Part shown: positions 12,334 to 24,552 of the stretch, one piece after another
Layout: each line of letters starts with the position of its first letter
Numbering within the stretch: position 1 is the first letter of the stretch
Assembly (NCBI RefSeq): GCF_018977255.1
Contig: NW_024704742.1
Location: forward strand, 103,914,001-103,978,000
From: Callorhinchus milii
Taxonomy: Eukaryota
Length of the DNA stretch: 64,000 nt
Reading direction: 5' to 3'
Translations under genes and position numbers: made by a program
The notes under the pieces: model-generated
The model's database searches: none
What the model was told of the DNA's origin: nothing
Seen by the model: only the letters and a program-made list of their open reading frames with translations

Positions 12334-14473
12334 CTACAAATAAAAAAAAATCCAGCATTAAGCCAACTTTACTGGATAAGGAGAAACATTCATGGTATTA
12401 ATGTGTGGTGCAATAGATAACACCTTCACCAGGGTAGTGCAGCATAGTATCAGATCTAAACCAAGTGGTCAGATAATGAAAGCAAGGATCAGAAACCTTA
12501 GATCATGTTTCAGGTAACTCCAGACAGCTAGTAAAGACCTTCAACTACTGGTTCTCAAGGAGAGAAAATGTGCAAAATTAACTTATTTTGAAAAAAAACA
12601 AAATAACCATATGATATTTGATGATTTCTCTACACAAAAGCAACATGGTAGATATAACAGTAGCAGTATATAACAGTACCACTTCCAGACGTGGTAATCA
12701 TTAAAGAAAGAGCACAATAAAATGGAAATTTGGGAATGCATTTAAATTCCAATTCAATATTTTTTCTCACCACCTCACAAAAGTACTTGGGCCAAACAAA
12801 ATATTACATTAACTACCACAGGTTAATCATTCTCATTTTAAAATGCAGTTCAGACATAGAAATTGGTCGTCTTCCAACTATATTGGGGGTGGGGGGGATT
12901 AAATCCAACATTCGCCATGCAGTGATCACATTGGTCTTGCAGTTTTCCCAATCCCTTGCTTGGAAAGCATACCTCAATTCTGTTGAAAGGGTGCAGCAGC
13001 AAAAACCCCAGTGATAAACTTTATGGAGAGAATAAATTTAAAATTTAAAAACAATAATGACCACATCTTTAAAGAGATACCGACATTCAACACACAAATG
13101 AATTGTGGCATGTACAGAAAGTGGTGAGAATCTTGTTGCCAGATCAATGGAGGTTTTAGACAAACTTGAATTGCTTCCCATCACTTCAGCCAGTAAGTGT
13201 GCTTGTGGAAGCATTTCGCACGTTTTAATGCATCTTGACCCGTCACCACATACACACTTACTGCCAAGCCACGGAATAACATTGCATTGCAGGAAATTAA
13301 GTTTTTCTGTGCATGCAGTGACAGATCAAGACTAAGTTTCCCACAGTTCAATGCAGCCAGTTAGTAATGAAGAATAAAGGACCAGCATTACAACATCGGA
13401 GATAATTTACTTATAAAATACAAACTTATAAAAGAAATCTAAGTGGTTTTGATAGAAAACTGAATGGCACTTGAGTGCATGTATTACTTGGGTGATTATA
13501 AGATTTATGAAGACTTACGCTGTTTTACTGTATCACCACTTCTTGAGGGAGGGAGGGGAGGGAGGGAGGGAGGGGAGGGATAAGAATAGGTAGGTGCAGC
13601 TGCTGGCCTCCTCAATCGGAAAATACAATTCCAGGTCTGTGTACCGTATGAGATTGTGAGTTTTGTGCACCCCTGGAATTTTTGTTAATATAAAGGTACG
13701 ATAAGCAAAGTTTAAGAGTACTGTAGGAAAAGGCCTAATAAAACATGCTGAGACTTACTTTAATGTCAGTAAGATTGCCAAACCTGAGAGGCTGGATGAT
13801 TTATAGCTTCAGCTACAGATGGATTACCAAAGTCCTAAAGAATCACAGCACTTCCTAATTTGATATAGAACTTGAGCTCTGCCACGTTTCTGCCCTCTGC
13901 CCTCCAACCAGCTTATATCTAACCTACAGCTGTGCTTCTTCAACTTGCTTGAACCAGGGTTCTCAGTACAGAGCAGACAATCCCAGCGATTTAAACAGTC
14001 CTCAAGGCAGGTTCCAACAAGCAAACTTAAGATAGGCTGCACACTTCTTGAAACTGCTGATTTCTTGAACAAGCACATCTCAAGGCCATCAGTGAGAAAA
14101 CTCCATGACAAGGGGATACTTGACTTACTGCTTCCAATTGCTTTAAATTTGTTTCTTATCCAGTTACACATTCATACACAAAAACAGTGAAGCATTGTCA
14201 TGGTTGAGTTTATTATAGACCTAGATATCTCCACTCCGCCATATCTGATGACGCTACACTCAATTCAGAAGTCTTGAATATTGATCACTGATAGTTAAAA
14301 TGTGTTCCTATTCTCCAACGATTCCTTTCTTCTCTGCAAAAAGGCTAGTATTGCATTGTTTCAGGATGAAATGTTTTCAGAATTAATATTTGCAGCGATA
14401 AAATGTGGAAAGGAAAAACACTAATATTTCATTTGCAATTGACAGCCATTCCTCACCAAAAGCAAAAACTCAC

Positions 14474-14581
14474 CAATATCTGATATTGCTTTATTTGCTG
14501 ATCGTTTACTCCATTAGACTTCTTCTTTTGGTTGGGAGAGTCTTGGTGCTGCTTTCTGCCATTACCCCGCACATTATGTGA
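14474..14581 (-). CDS. DCP2: DCP2 exon 9 (SHNVRGNGRKQHQDSPNQKKKSNGVNDQQIKQYQIL)
   Basis: ttttattag| acceptor and |gtgagt donor; 108 nt; RGNGRKQ.QDSPNQKK is conserved with human. Confidence 0.93.
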
Positions 14582-16018
14582 CTAATAAAAATAAAACAAA
14601 ATCCAGGTGTTCAAAAATGTGAATAAAACTGCAGAATGTTGCGATCAGAATGGACATGCTTATACTAAATAAAAACAGACCCGATAATCCACAGGTTAAT
14701 ATGCAGAAGAAACAAATCTTCCAATTATCCAAAATAAGGAATCCACAACCTAACAGTTTAGGAGGTAACTCACTTTCTTCCAAGTCTCAAGACCACCAAT
14801 TACGTCTGGAAAATTGAATTTTTTCAGTTTGTGGCTCAACTGCTAAAACTTGAGACAGGAGTTGTATCTCAACAGAAGAACAGCTGATACAACCTCCTGT
14901 TGCACCTCCTTTTAATACTCATAAAACAGCCTGTTGGCAATGGAAATGCCTGTACCACAGACCACTTAGCACTCCTGGTGAAAATTTGTTAGGGTGAGAA
15001 ACAGTCACAAGAAAGAAAAAGGTAAACAAATTATGATTTTATTTAAAAATCACTAATGGAAGTTAGAACTATACAAACCCATGTATGAATTAGAACTAGT
15101 CAGCTGCAAAACTAGATTTGCCAATACACAGATGCAAACCTAGATTTTTGAAATCCAGTGGCAAACTGCAGTTTCAGCTCACAATTTGATTTTGGATTCT
15201 ACTGTAGGTCAAATACTACAAAAACTGTGCAGAAGCCCCATAATGGAGAAGTCTTGGTAGCTCTTAATGTCCTCCCAAGGACAGAACTAGATGTAGGAAA
15301 AATTTTAAAACTTCCACAAAATTAAATCGACTTCACAAACCTTTTATTTACCCTGAAAATGTAGCAAACATCAAAATTCCAAATTTTAGTTTTTAAACTG
15401 ATATTCACACAAAAATTATGCCTCCAACTCGTGTACTTTACATCAAAAGGAAAGCCACACCATACAATATAGGAAATACAATTCTGTAGGGGTAGATTAT
15501 TAAAGGAATAAGATGTCTGTAAATGTGAGTATTTTCCCCACAAACATTTAAGTTACTGAGCAACAATTACAACTTGCATTATTCAGCATACAAGTACAAA
15601 GACTAGGATTTTCAAAATTGAAGTACTGAAACTGAACCTGAGAACCTTTGTACATTCAGCATTACCAAATAAACACTGCATGTAGTGCTCCAGAGGTATT
15701 AAGGAGGTTAGCGAAATGGATTACAATTAAAAGATCTGCCAAAATGTAGTAAACTGGTGAATAACTTTCTCTTGTCCTCCCACATTTCCTAAGCAGGAGA
15801 TACAGTATAAAACACAACATCTGCCACAGCTAATTACCCTGTGTTCCCAGAATTCCAGCCAGCAGCTACAGGAAGCAAAGACACTGATCAGACCCACCCA
15901 CACAAGATTAGCAATTTTGCATCATCAAGAGATAAATTTACTACAAGAGGAAACTATTTTTTTTCTTTATGACTTCTCCCTCACAATAAGACAATACGTT
16001 TAAAGAAATAGAACTCAC

Positions 16019-16157
16019 CTTTGACTTTAAAGGCTCAGAAATGTCATGTGGATTGTTTGGGCTGAATGGCTTTGATTGTGATTTGTGTTTAACTGAGCCT
16101 GCCCATTGATCTGCCGTGCACCCATCAAGTAACTGCTGGTTCTGTTGTGTTTTGGAC
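16019..16157 (-). CDS. DCP2: DCP2 exon 8 (SKTQQNQQLLDGCTADQWAGSVKHKSQSKPFSPNNPHDISEPLKSK)
   Basis: ggacag| acceptor and AAG|gtgagt donor; 139 nt; DQW..KH motif as in the human low-complexity C-terminus. Confidence 0.9.
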
Positions 16158-16440
16158 CTGTCCAAATAAATTAAATATGTTAAGATTTTTGTGTTATTCA
16201 CCACCAAGTAAAAATTATTTTCTATTCCAATTTTAATCTCCTTCAAGTACAGGGTTTTTAAACAAACTTTCGAGTTTGTAATTTCTTTTTAAAAAATCAT
16301 TAAATAAGGACACAGAGAAACCTGGCTAATCATCACATATTAAATTTTAGGTGTTAGATTACGAAGTTAAGAGAACAGCATTCCCCACAAAGTAATAGTG
16401 GAAAACTGTTTGTCTATAACCTAAATATGTTATCTAATAA

Positions 16441-16556
16441 AAATCATCAAATTTGCTGAATTAGTGCTTGTGTATAAATCTATATTGTCCAGTCTGTCTG
16501 TCAGACTACACGATATAGATTTACACGCAGCACTAATTCAGTAAATTTAATGATTT
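16441..16556. repeat. 116 bp imperfect palindrome in DCP2 intron 7
   Basis: Left arm aaatcatcaaatttgctgaattagtgcttgtgtataaatctatattgtccagtctg versus reverse complement of right arm aaatcattaaatttactgaattagtgctgcgtgtaaatctatatcgtgtagtctg; loop about 5 nt. Confidence 0.9.
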
Positions 16557-16675
16557 CTTCCATCCTTGCATTTGATATAGCGCTTTTCACGTCGGGAGGA
16601 CGTCCCTCAAAAAGAACCATTCAAATGATTTTTAAAACGATTAGAATATTTTTTTAACCTTAAAAACAACCTTAC

Positions 16676-16786
16676 CTTACACCTACTTTATCCAAAACAG
16701 TTTTGGACGGAGTTGCGTTGTTCGATGCAAGACCATCACTGTCTGAAGAGTCTCCGTAGTTTTTGGCCAGCCAATCTCTTAAGGGT
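16676..16786 (-). CDS. DCP2: DCP2 exon 7 (PLRDWLAKNYGDSSDSDGLASNNATPSKTVLDKVGV-R)
   Basis: gcacag| acceptor; the donor AG|gtaagg was chosen because it is the only nearby GT that keeps frame with exon 8; 111 nt. Confidence 0.9.
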
Positions 16787-17551
16787 CTGTGCAATAACAA
16801 AAACCTAGCATTTGTAAACATTTTTCAAAAGAACGTTCATAGAAATAAAACTTGATATTTTTATAGCACTTCCTCTTTGAAACATCTCAGAACACTTCAA
16901 GTAATTACTGTGCTGAGCAGTGACTATTTTTGTAGGTTAATGCTGCCATTTGCATTAACAAACTTCTACAGACAGTCAAGGTATGAAAAGACAATTTGGA
17001 TGACCGTTGGCCAGATTAAGAGAAATTCCCTGCTCTTATTTGGGGAAAAACAAACTATCTGCACATGCTTGACCTAGTTCTAAATTATTACTGGACAAAG
17101 AAATAGTGACATTTATTTTTGGCTTATAGCTGTGCAATAGGCACATGAAAGCTAAAACATAACCATTAGTTATGGAATGTTCAGCATGAAGCTGCATGAG
17201 TGCAAAATGCCTTAATTTGCACAACAGCTTTATAGGTTTCCATGAAAGCATGGAAAATCAATCCATTATACAAAGAAAAATAATTCAATAAACAAAACAT
17301 ATTTTACATGAGCACTCAATGTTGGTTAAGATATCAGTTCCTTCTCTTTTAACAGCAGTTAAACCAACTGAAGCAGCAATAAGTTATACAATTTTAAGAG
17401 CCGATTATTGCATGGATGTAAAACATTTGACGATATCAAACATCAATATGAGCAAGTATGTTCAATCCCAGATTTATTCACAATGCCCCAAAAAACTATT
17501 ATTCAACTTTGTTTCTCACTCCTCCGCCCACCACATACCCATTAATCATAC

Positions 17552-17664
17552 CTTATAAAAGGAATAGCCATGAAAAACTTGTTGGGTGCTAAACCCAGTT
17601 TGGACTTGGGAGTCATGTCATTCCTATGACATGGCAGCTTCTCGATGGAAAACCATTCAATATT
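17552..17664 (-). CDS. DCP2: DCP2 exon 6 ([38 protein letters not shown]; Box B region)
   Basis: ttgcag| acceptor and AG|gtatga donor; 113 nt; matches the recalled human peptide. Confidence 0.96.
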
Positions 17665-18417
17665 CTGCAAAACAAGTTTGTTAATTAGCAAACAATACTC
17701 ATTTTTGCTCCCCCCATAAAAATCAAACTTTTTTACTCTCTTCTAAATGCACCAAGTACATGCTGTGATGAGATTCCAAACACCCTGCAGTACTTCCAAG
17801 GGTCATGTTTCACTTGAATCAGCAGTCTGTTTGCTTATTTGGGTATCACAGGTGACCCCAATCCATTGCTCACCTAATGCTCACGTTCCAGCATGGTCAC
17901 TGACCCTCCAACCCAAATTCCAAGAGCAATCATAGCACCCATATTGCTAACCAAACAAGACAAGATACCACACAGATCTGGGATCTTCTTGGCCTTTATA
18001 ATTCAGCTTTATACCAGGCAGTGTTTTTTTTTTTTACAAACAACAAGATTACATCTGTATAGCGCCTTTCATGTCGGGAGGACATCTCAAGGCGCTGGAC
18101 AGAGTACAGCATTTCAGTCCTGAGCTGTGGTCGGGGGGGAAGGGAGGGGAGGTGGCCGATGGCATGGTCGAAGAGGAGGGTCTTGAGGCAGGACCTGAAG
18201 GAGGATAAGGAATTTGAAGAGCCTCAAGGTTGTTTAAACATTCGCTGCATTGTATTAAAGAAATCCTGAACTAAAGAAGCTTGTGATTGAATGGCAGATT
18301 TCTGAAAATTCCACGAAAATGTGACAAAGGTTCCACAGGATTACCTAGTATCAATGGTATATGCTAACCTTAAATTTGGAACTCAGTAAAATAGAAGAAA
18401 TTTGCAATAATCTCTAC

Positions 18418-18570
18418 CCTGATTTCCTTTCGAGTTTTGGGGTTAAACTTTGTCTCCTTTGGAACCCCTGGGATTATGTACAAGCGAGCCAACTGGTCAT
18501 TGATTCTTTGTTCAATGAAGTCATCCTTGCAGATACGGTCCCTTATGTCAAAGCCAGTTTCTTCTAGAAC
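18418..18570 (-). CDS. DCP2: DCP2 exon 5 ([51 protein letters not shown])
   Basis: ttttcag| acceptor and |gtagag donor; 153 nt; completes the Nudix box [23 protein letters not shown] (GX5EX7REUXEEXGU). Confidence 0.96.
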
Positions 18571-19483
18571 CTGAAAATAAAATGTAAAAAACTCAAGACA
18601 ACAAAATATTATAAGATATTTAAAAGGAAAATAATTGGAAAATAAAAATCACAAATATAAACGCTCATGTTCAAATTGTGATACTTTCAAATTGCTTGAA
18701 TCCAATAATTACAATGACTCAGATACATTTAACTTAACAATGGAAGAAAAGCAACATTGGGGACCCAACTATTGGAGCACTTTCCCTTAGGTTACTTCAC
18801 TAAACATTGCAGCATGTGGTTCAATGACCCTCTACAGGAAAGCAATATTTCTAAAAACATTTTTAAAAAACTGTGTGAATAATCATCTGTTGATTAGAAA
18901 CGTGATTTATACCTCATCGGAAAGGTCTTGCACGTAGGAGTGACATGGGCATATTTGTTTTCGGGTATCTGCTATCGTTCATGAGTTATGACTTAAAATT
19001 AATTTCAGTTTCACGTTTTTCGATGCAGTTACACCTGGTGGCCGCTGGCTCAAAGTGGTACTGTGACATTGTGCAGTTACACCTGGTGGCTGCACCGGCT
19101 GACTGTGCTGCTATGGCATCGTGTGTCACAGAGCACGCATGTAGCCAAGGGGCCAAAGAACACAGACGAACCTAAGCCGTGGCAACAACAACAAAATTAC
19201 ATTTTTAAAGCGCCTTTCATGTCAGGAGGACGGTCCCAGTGATTATAAATTGTACATTTATATTTATCATTATAAAGATGCCTAAGCAAAAATCAAACCT
19301 TTCAAGGATAAGTAAGTGTGTGTCTATGTGTCAATCTACATTCCATATTGCATCCTTTAGTAACAAGCGTAGCTGCAACAGATACAGCTAGTAGATACAT
19401 AAATCTACATTAACAGGTTAATCTGGACTGGATTAACATTAATTTAAATAAAGATGCTTTTATACACAAAAAAGTAATCTTAC

Positions 19484-19582
19484 CTCTCTCACAGCACAGT
19501 CATGTGGGGCTTCCTCTTTATTCACTTTGCCTTTCGGAAACCCCCATCCAGATTTTGCCAGATAGCCTTGCACAAGTAGTGC
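19484..19582 (-). CDS. DCP2: DCP2 exon 4 ([33 protein letters not shown]; first part of Nudix box)
   Basis: cacag| acceptor and |gtaaga donor; 99 nt; translated by hand. Confidence 0.96.
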
Positions 19583-22166
19583 CTGTGTCACAGAGGGTGT
19601 GTGGCGTGAAAAAAAAATCAGTTCCATCTATATGCATTCATGTTAACACATTTATAATCTGTATTGATAGGAGGGAGGTAAGGGGAAGGGAAAGATACCA
19701 TTACTGCAATTTTCCTCCACACCGGGTTCTTTGCTTTCCTATTACTACAATAACAATTTGAACTTATATAGCACCCTCCACACAGGGTAGCGTCTCAGAG
19801 CACTTAACAATGGCGAAGCCTGACTCCGAGCCTGGGAGGGGGAGGAGGTCAAAGAGGAAAGTTTTCAGGCGGGACTTGGAAGAGGGGAGAGAAAGGGCAA
19901 GGCGGAGGGTGAGGATTTTGAAGTTGATCTGTTTGTTGATAGGGAGCAGTGGAGCCTGGCTAGAACCGGTGAAGTGTGAGTATGGAGTTTGGTCCGGATC
20001 AGTATGCGGGCAGCAGAGTTTTGAATGAGCAAAGTACTACTGACAAAGGCAACACACAAGGTGTGACTGTTGCATTCAGTGACTGTGACCGAGGAGAGCC
20101 TTTATTCCATCTCAGAAGGTAATGAAATCTAGCTAAGCTCTTAGTGACTATCCTCCGTGTGGGGGGGGGGGGGGGAGGTAAAAGAGTTTAGCAGGGTATC
20201 CATGGAGCTGAACTAATTCCAATGTACATGTTTCTTAGTAGGACTTGGGGAGGCAGACCAGTCATTATGGGCAAGGATTTTTTCCACTCAGCTCCCATTA
20301 ACCCTGCAAGCCCAAATCCCAGTGGGTTGGGTGGTCCTAAGCTGGGCTAGCAGCAGGAATGTTTCAAAGCATTATCTGCCAATGGCAAGCTATGCAATTT
20401 TAGCTGATCAGATTCCAGCAGGACCTCAATGCACATTCTGGGGTCTCCAAGCCTTGGCTCTCCCCAACCTGTACCTAATACTCTCTGCTAGGTAAGCAGG
20501 GGGTTTCCCTCCAAGGAAAGAGTGCACATTCTATTCCAACACCTGGGAATTTCCATGTGTAGGTGAGATATATGGAACTTTCAGTTTGGTTACTCTTAAG
20601 CATGGTGATGGGTTTTGCATATCTCAAGACACCCGGCTGACCAAAAAAAAGCTAACTGAGCCCTCTCCTCTTCCTTCCCCTCCTTCGCAGTCTCCAGCTG
20701 TCATGCCTGTAGGCAGATTGAGCCACGAGCCTGGCTTACATGACAGTTACTCATCTTTGTCCCAGTTGCTTGTTATATAAGTTGGATCTGCAGCCAGAAC
20801 CTTGAAACTGTGTTTGGGTGAACATGCGAATATACAGTTGTTTTGATGTCAACCGTGTTTTGGGATTCCTAACAGGATGACATCCTAGTACCCACAGCCC
20901 CCAGGCACTTCAGAGCAGCTTCTGAAGTACCTGCAATATGAACATGCCATCACATTCTCATTAAACCACCATCTGTATTCAGAAAGTTCAAACATATTCA
21001 CAAACCAGTGTTGTGTTAATTGTGCTTCCAAATTGTAAAATGCACATCTGGCAAAAAGAGCTAAAACGCTGACAAGAGACAGATGGTATTTTCCTCACCA
21101 GCAATTTTTTTCTAGGACTCTTCCGACTAAGTTTAGCTTCATGAGTAACCAATGCGATGTTAGCAAATAAAAATCCAATTTAACAACAAACAGTCAAGTT
21201 CTAAACTGCAGGAGGAAGCAATTTGTTCTAAGATTACCACAATTCTATGCATTGGACAGTGTTATCATACTGAGAGGTCTCAAAGCACTTCATACAACAA
21301 GCTGCTTTGAACTGCAGTAACCTACATGGGGAAAGTCATTGTAATCAATCGTAATACAACTTTCCATATAAACGGTACAGAGAGCTTGCAGACCAAGCTG
21401 ACTGACATTAACAGATGAAGCCATAAAATCATTCCCTCTAGTTTTTGTCTCATTAAATAGTCCCATAAGTGACTAAAAAGGCCTGAACATAGGAATGTGA
21501 TCTATAATCAATGATTAAGTATGGCTATCTAAATTATAGGTATTTCCTTTATTTTATGAATGTATTAAAAATGACCTTCAAAAATATGAACATAGACAAT
21601 TTCCTATATATCTGGTTACCCACATTAGTCACTAAAATACAACTCAAATTTACTCCTGCAATTATTTTCTTTTAAATGCAAATGAACAAAAAATACCTCC
21701 ACTAAACCATAGTAATTTTGTACAGAGGCAGCTCTTCAAGACGTAGGACTTTATTGGACAACAATTTAGATTTCCATAATCCCTTCAAAGTGTTTGGCAA
21801 ACCAACTTCAATACAAGTATTGCTTTACCAAGATTCACTTATTCTAAGTCAGCACGTCAACTCTAGAGGATTGTGCACAGCAGAGAGAAGTACTTTTAAA
21901 AGGCCTTTACCTTTAAAAATAGAGCTAACTAAAATTATACCAGTTACCATTTTGAAATATGGTTTGCTTCCAAACTTGGTGAGGGCCAACAAGTGAAGAC
22001 GGTTTTACTTACCATGAACCTTGGCCTTTCCACAAGATACAAACACAGCATTCAAACTAGCCACTTCTACATCATGATCAGTGATAGACACATGTTTATT
22101 TTCTCAAACAAAGCGAGTACATTTAGAATCTCAAATATACAGCAGCCACTCCAGACAGTTACTTAC

Positions 22167-22294
22167 ATTTTCCAGTGTTTCATCCAGTATAATTGCACCA
22201 TATGTAGGGACTCCCATCTTATACTCCTTCCAATCATCTAAAATATTTTCCACATCATCCCCTTTGCGAAGTAAAAACGGACAGTGATTGAAGA
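22167..22294 (-). CDS. DCP2: DCP2 exon 3 ([43 protein letters not shown])
   Basis: Starts after the non-canonical AC acceptor; 128 nt; ends AAT|GTAAGT; frame is continuous with exons 2 and 4. Confidence 0.96.
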
Positions 22295-24400
22295 GTTCAA
22301 CTGCGGTTAAGGAAAACACTAACAAGACGAGTTACATTGCATTTGACATTTGTTTTTTTTACAAAGGAAAATACAGCAACACCCAGTCAAAGTTGTATAT
22401 AAGTCTACATATTCTGTGACTGTCAAATAATTCTGAAAACACTTTATAGTCAATTTTTCTTCTTCCCATTTGAACCCCCACTCCCACCACAACCACCAAT
22501 TTTCTTTCCCTCCTCTGTTGAAGGTGCAGACGCATGTTGGGGTCCTTTAACACAGGTACTGAGTTCCCACAAGCACCTCATCAAAATTGTCATTTTTTTA
22601 AAGTCACAAGCCCAAACACCAGTCATTTATGAACGATTCATTCAACACATCATCGTCAAGTCCAATTACATCCTCACCCTTACATCTGATTACATGCAAT
22701 GAAGGATTGGCAAGGATCATTGGACAGGAACCAGAAATCCTGGTTGGGTTTTCTCCTCCTCAATCCAGAAGATTTAAAACCTGGATGGAGCCGCAACTGA
22801 GATCAGCTAACTCAGCACAAGCAAGTCTTGGTCTGTATGGACCAATATAATCCATACTGTGTATCCACTGTGTATCCACCCACTGATCCCCATCAATGAA
22901 TCCCTGATAATAATACTAAACAAAATTCATTGCATAATTTGTAGTGAGTTATTACACCCATTGATTCAGGGCTGTACGTTTTTGACATAAAATAAGTGAA
23001 ACACCAAGTGAAAATAATCAACCTTTCAAGGAAACTAATCTATGCCATTCCCAGAAAAATTGGTGATAACAAAAAGTGTCATGGAATAATACAAACATGT
23101 TATTGATGAGTAACAAAAGCACTGTAGAAGGGGCATTACATACAAACAACTAATAATTGTGGGCCATTCAGATTTCCACTTGAATACTTGTTTTTGGCTG
23201 TCGTTTTTAGAGGGACTAAAAATGAAATTATCATGATGCTGTGAATTGCCAGATAAAAAATAAAAATAAGGTATACTAATTAAAATAAATATTGATCTTG
23301 TATAGAATTAGACATCAACGGTGTGGAAGGATTCATTTCATAGTATATATTGTGAGATAGCATAGTTACAACTTGATTATTCAAAGTTATCTGAAGTGCA
23401 TCTTCCATGGACTGAAGTACTGCCACCCGCTTCATACAACGAGTTGTGTTAACATTTCATGTTTTGTCTCCAAGTTTCATTGGTCAAAGATCATGAAGAC
23501 AAAAAAGTTATTCCAAGATTAATCAAATCTATCAGTAACATCTTAAAGATAATGTTAGTGTCTGTAAAAAAAATGTGATGTGGGAGGAGTGAATCTCATC
23601 TAAGCATGTAAGATACTTAATGGTACAAATGGGGGTGAACCAAAAGTATTACTTCAAAAGTAGGTCAATAAATAAGATTAGAGGACCCCATGAGTGCAAA
23701 AAAATTAGAGCTGAGGTCAGGACAGCAATAAACATTTAGAATAATCTGCCAACATATACAATAGAGAAAATCATTTGGGGTCATTCAAAACAAGGTCAAC
23801 GGTAGAATACAATAAGCTTTGGTGGATGGGACAGCATTTCCTTACACTGTTACACAAAAAATGCAAAGCATCTCCAGTTGAGATGAAAACATTAGAGCCC
23901 CACTGCACTTCATACAGAGGTCCTTTATTTCAACTTTCTTTTTCCTCCATCTTTCCGTGCATTTGAAAAAATATGTCTTTTCCATGTATCAATAAAAAAT
24001 GAAACTCAACCAAATTTCGCATGAAAAACGTACAGCCACTGGGATTTTCTGACACAACCCTCCCAAAATACAGGCAAAACTGGCATCCAAACTTGCAATT
24101 CTCTTGAGTTACAAGGCCATGCAAAAAAAATCATTTGCTAAAGCTATACTTCAGGATAAGGTTTATAGAGCTTTATCCCAGAGTACTCCAGCTTCACATA
24201 CTACTTACATGCACTTGAAATTCTTCCATGCATTGGAACTGATCATTTGCAATGGCATTAACCAGACTAAAACTATTATTTGGAAGAAAAGTACTCCCCA
24301 GATTAACCTATAGTACTGCTGTAGTTCTAATGGAGACTTCCCATGATTTTTTCAATAAAGTGAATATTTTGCTGAAGTACAGCTATTATCAAAAGGATAT
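22295..24400 (-). other. DCP2: U12-type (minor spliceosome) AT-AC intron, DCP2 intron 2
   Basis: 5' end ATATCCTTTT; branch sequence TTCCTTAAC at 22306-22314; 3' end ...TTGAAC. Joining these termini gives in-frame G|TC (Val), collinear with the homologue. Confidence 0.95.
22730..22880 (-). mobile_element. LF-SINE-like ancient SINE fragment inside the U12 intron
   Basis: Reverse complement contains TGTGCTGAGTTAGCTGATCTCAG, a motif I recall from the LF-SINE consensus; related pieces at about 29915-30030, 46410-46530, 48460-48830, 54205-54300 and 9965-10200. Confidence 0.6.
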
Positions 24401-24552
24401 CTGATTTGGCAAAATCTCTTATCCCACACTGAGGCAATCCTGGTGTATTCTGCAAGTAGAAGTCCAAGTAAAACCAATGGGCCAGCTCAATCTGAAAGCA
24501 CACTCGAATCGCATTGTCCCTTTCTTCACTTGGAATGTGCAGAATGAATCGG
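24401..24552 (-). CDS. DCP2: DCP2 exon 2 (Box A domain; [50 protein letters not shown])
   Basis: Acceptor ttgtacag|C; 152 nt; peptide is visible in ORF 24327..24587; ends at the U12 donor G|ATATCCTTTT. Confidence 0.97.

Noticed and set aside
22301..22302. AG 6 nt upstream of the AC acceptor as the exon 3 splice site
   Set aside because: Only about 6 nt from the U12 branch adenosine, and it would add two residues absent from homologues; AC fits the spacing and alignment.
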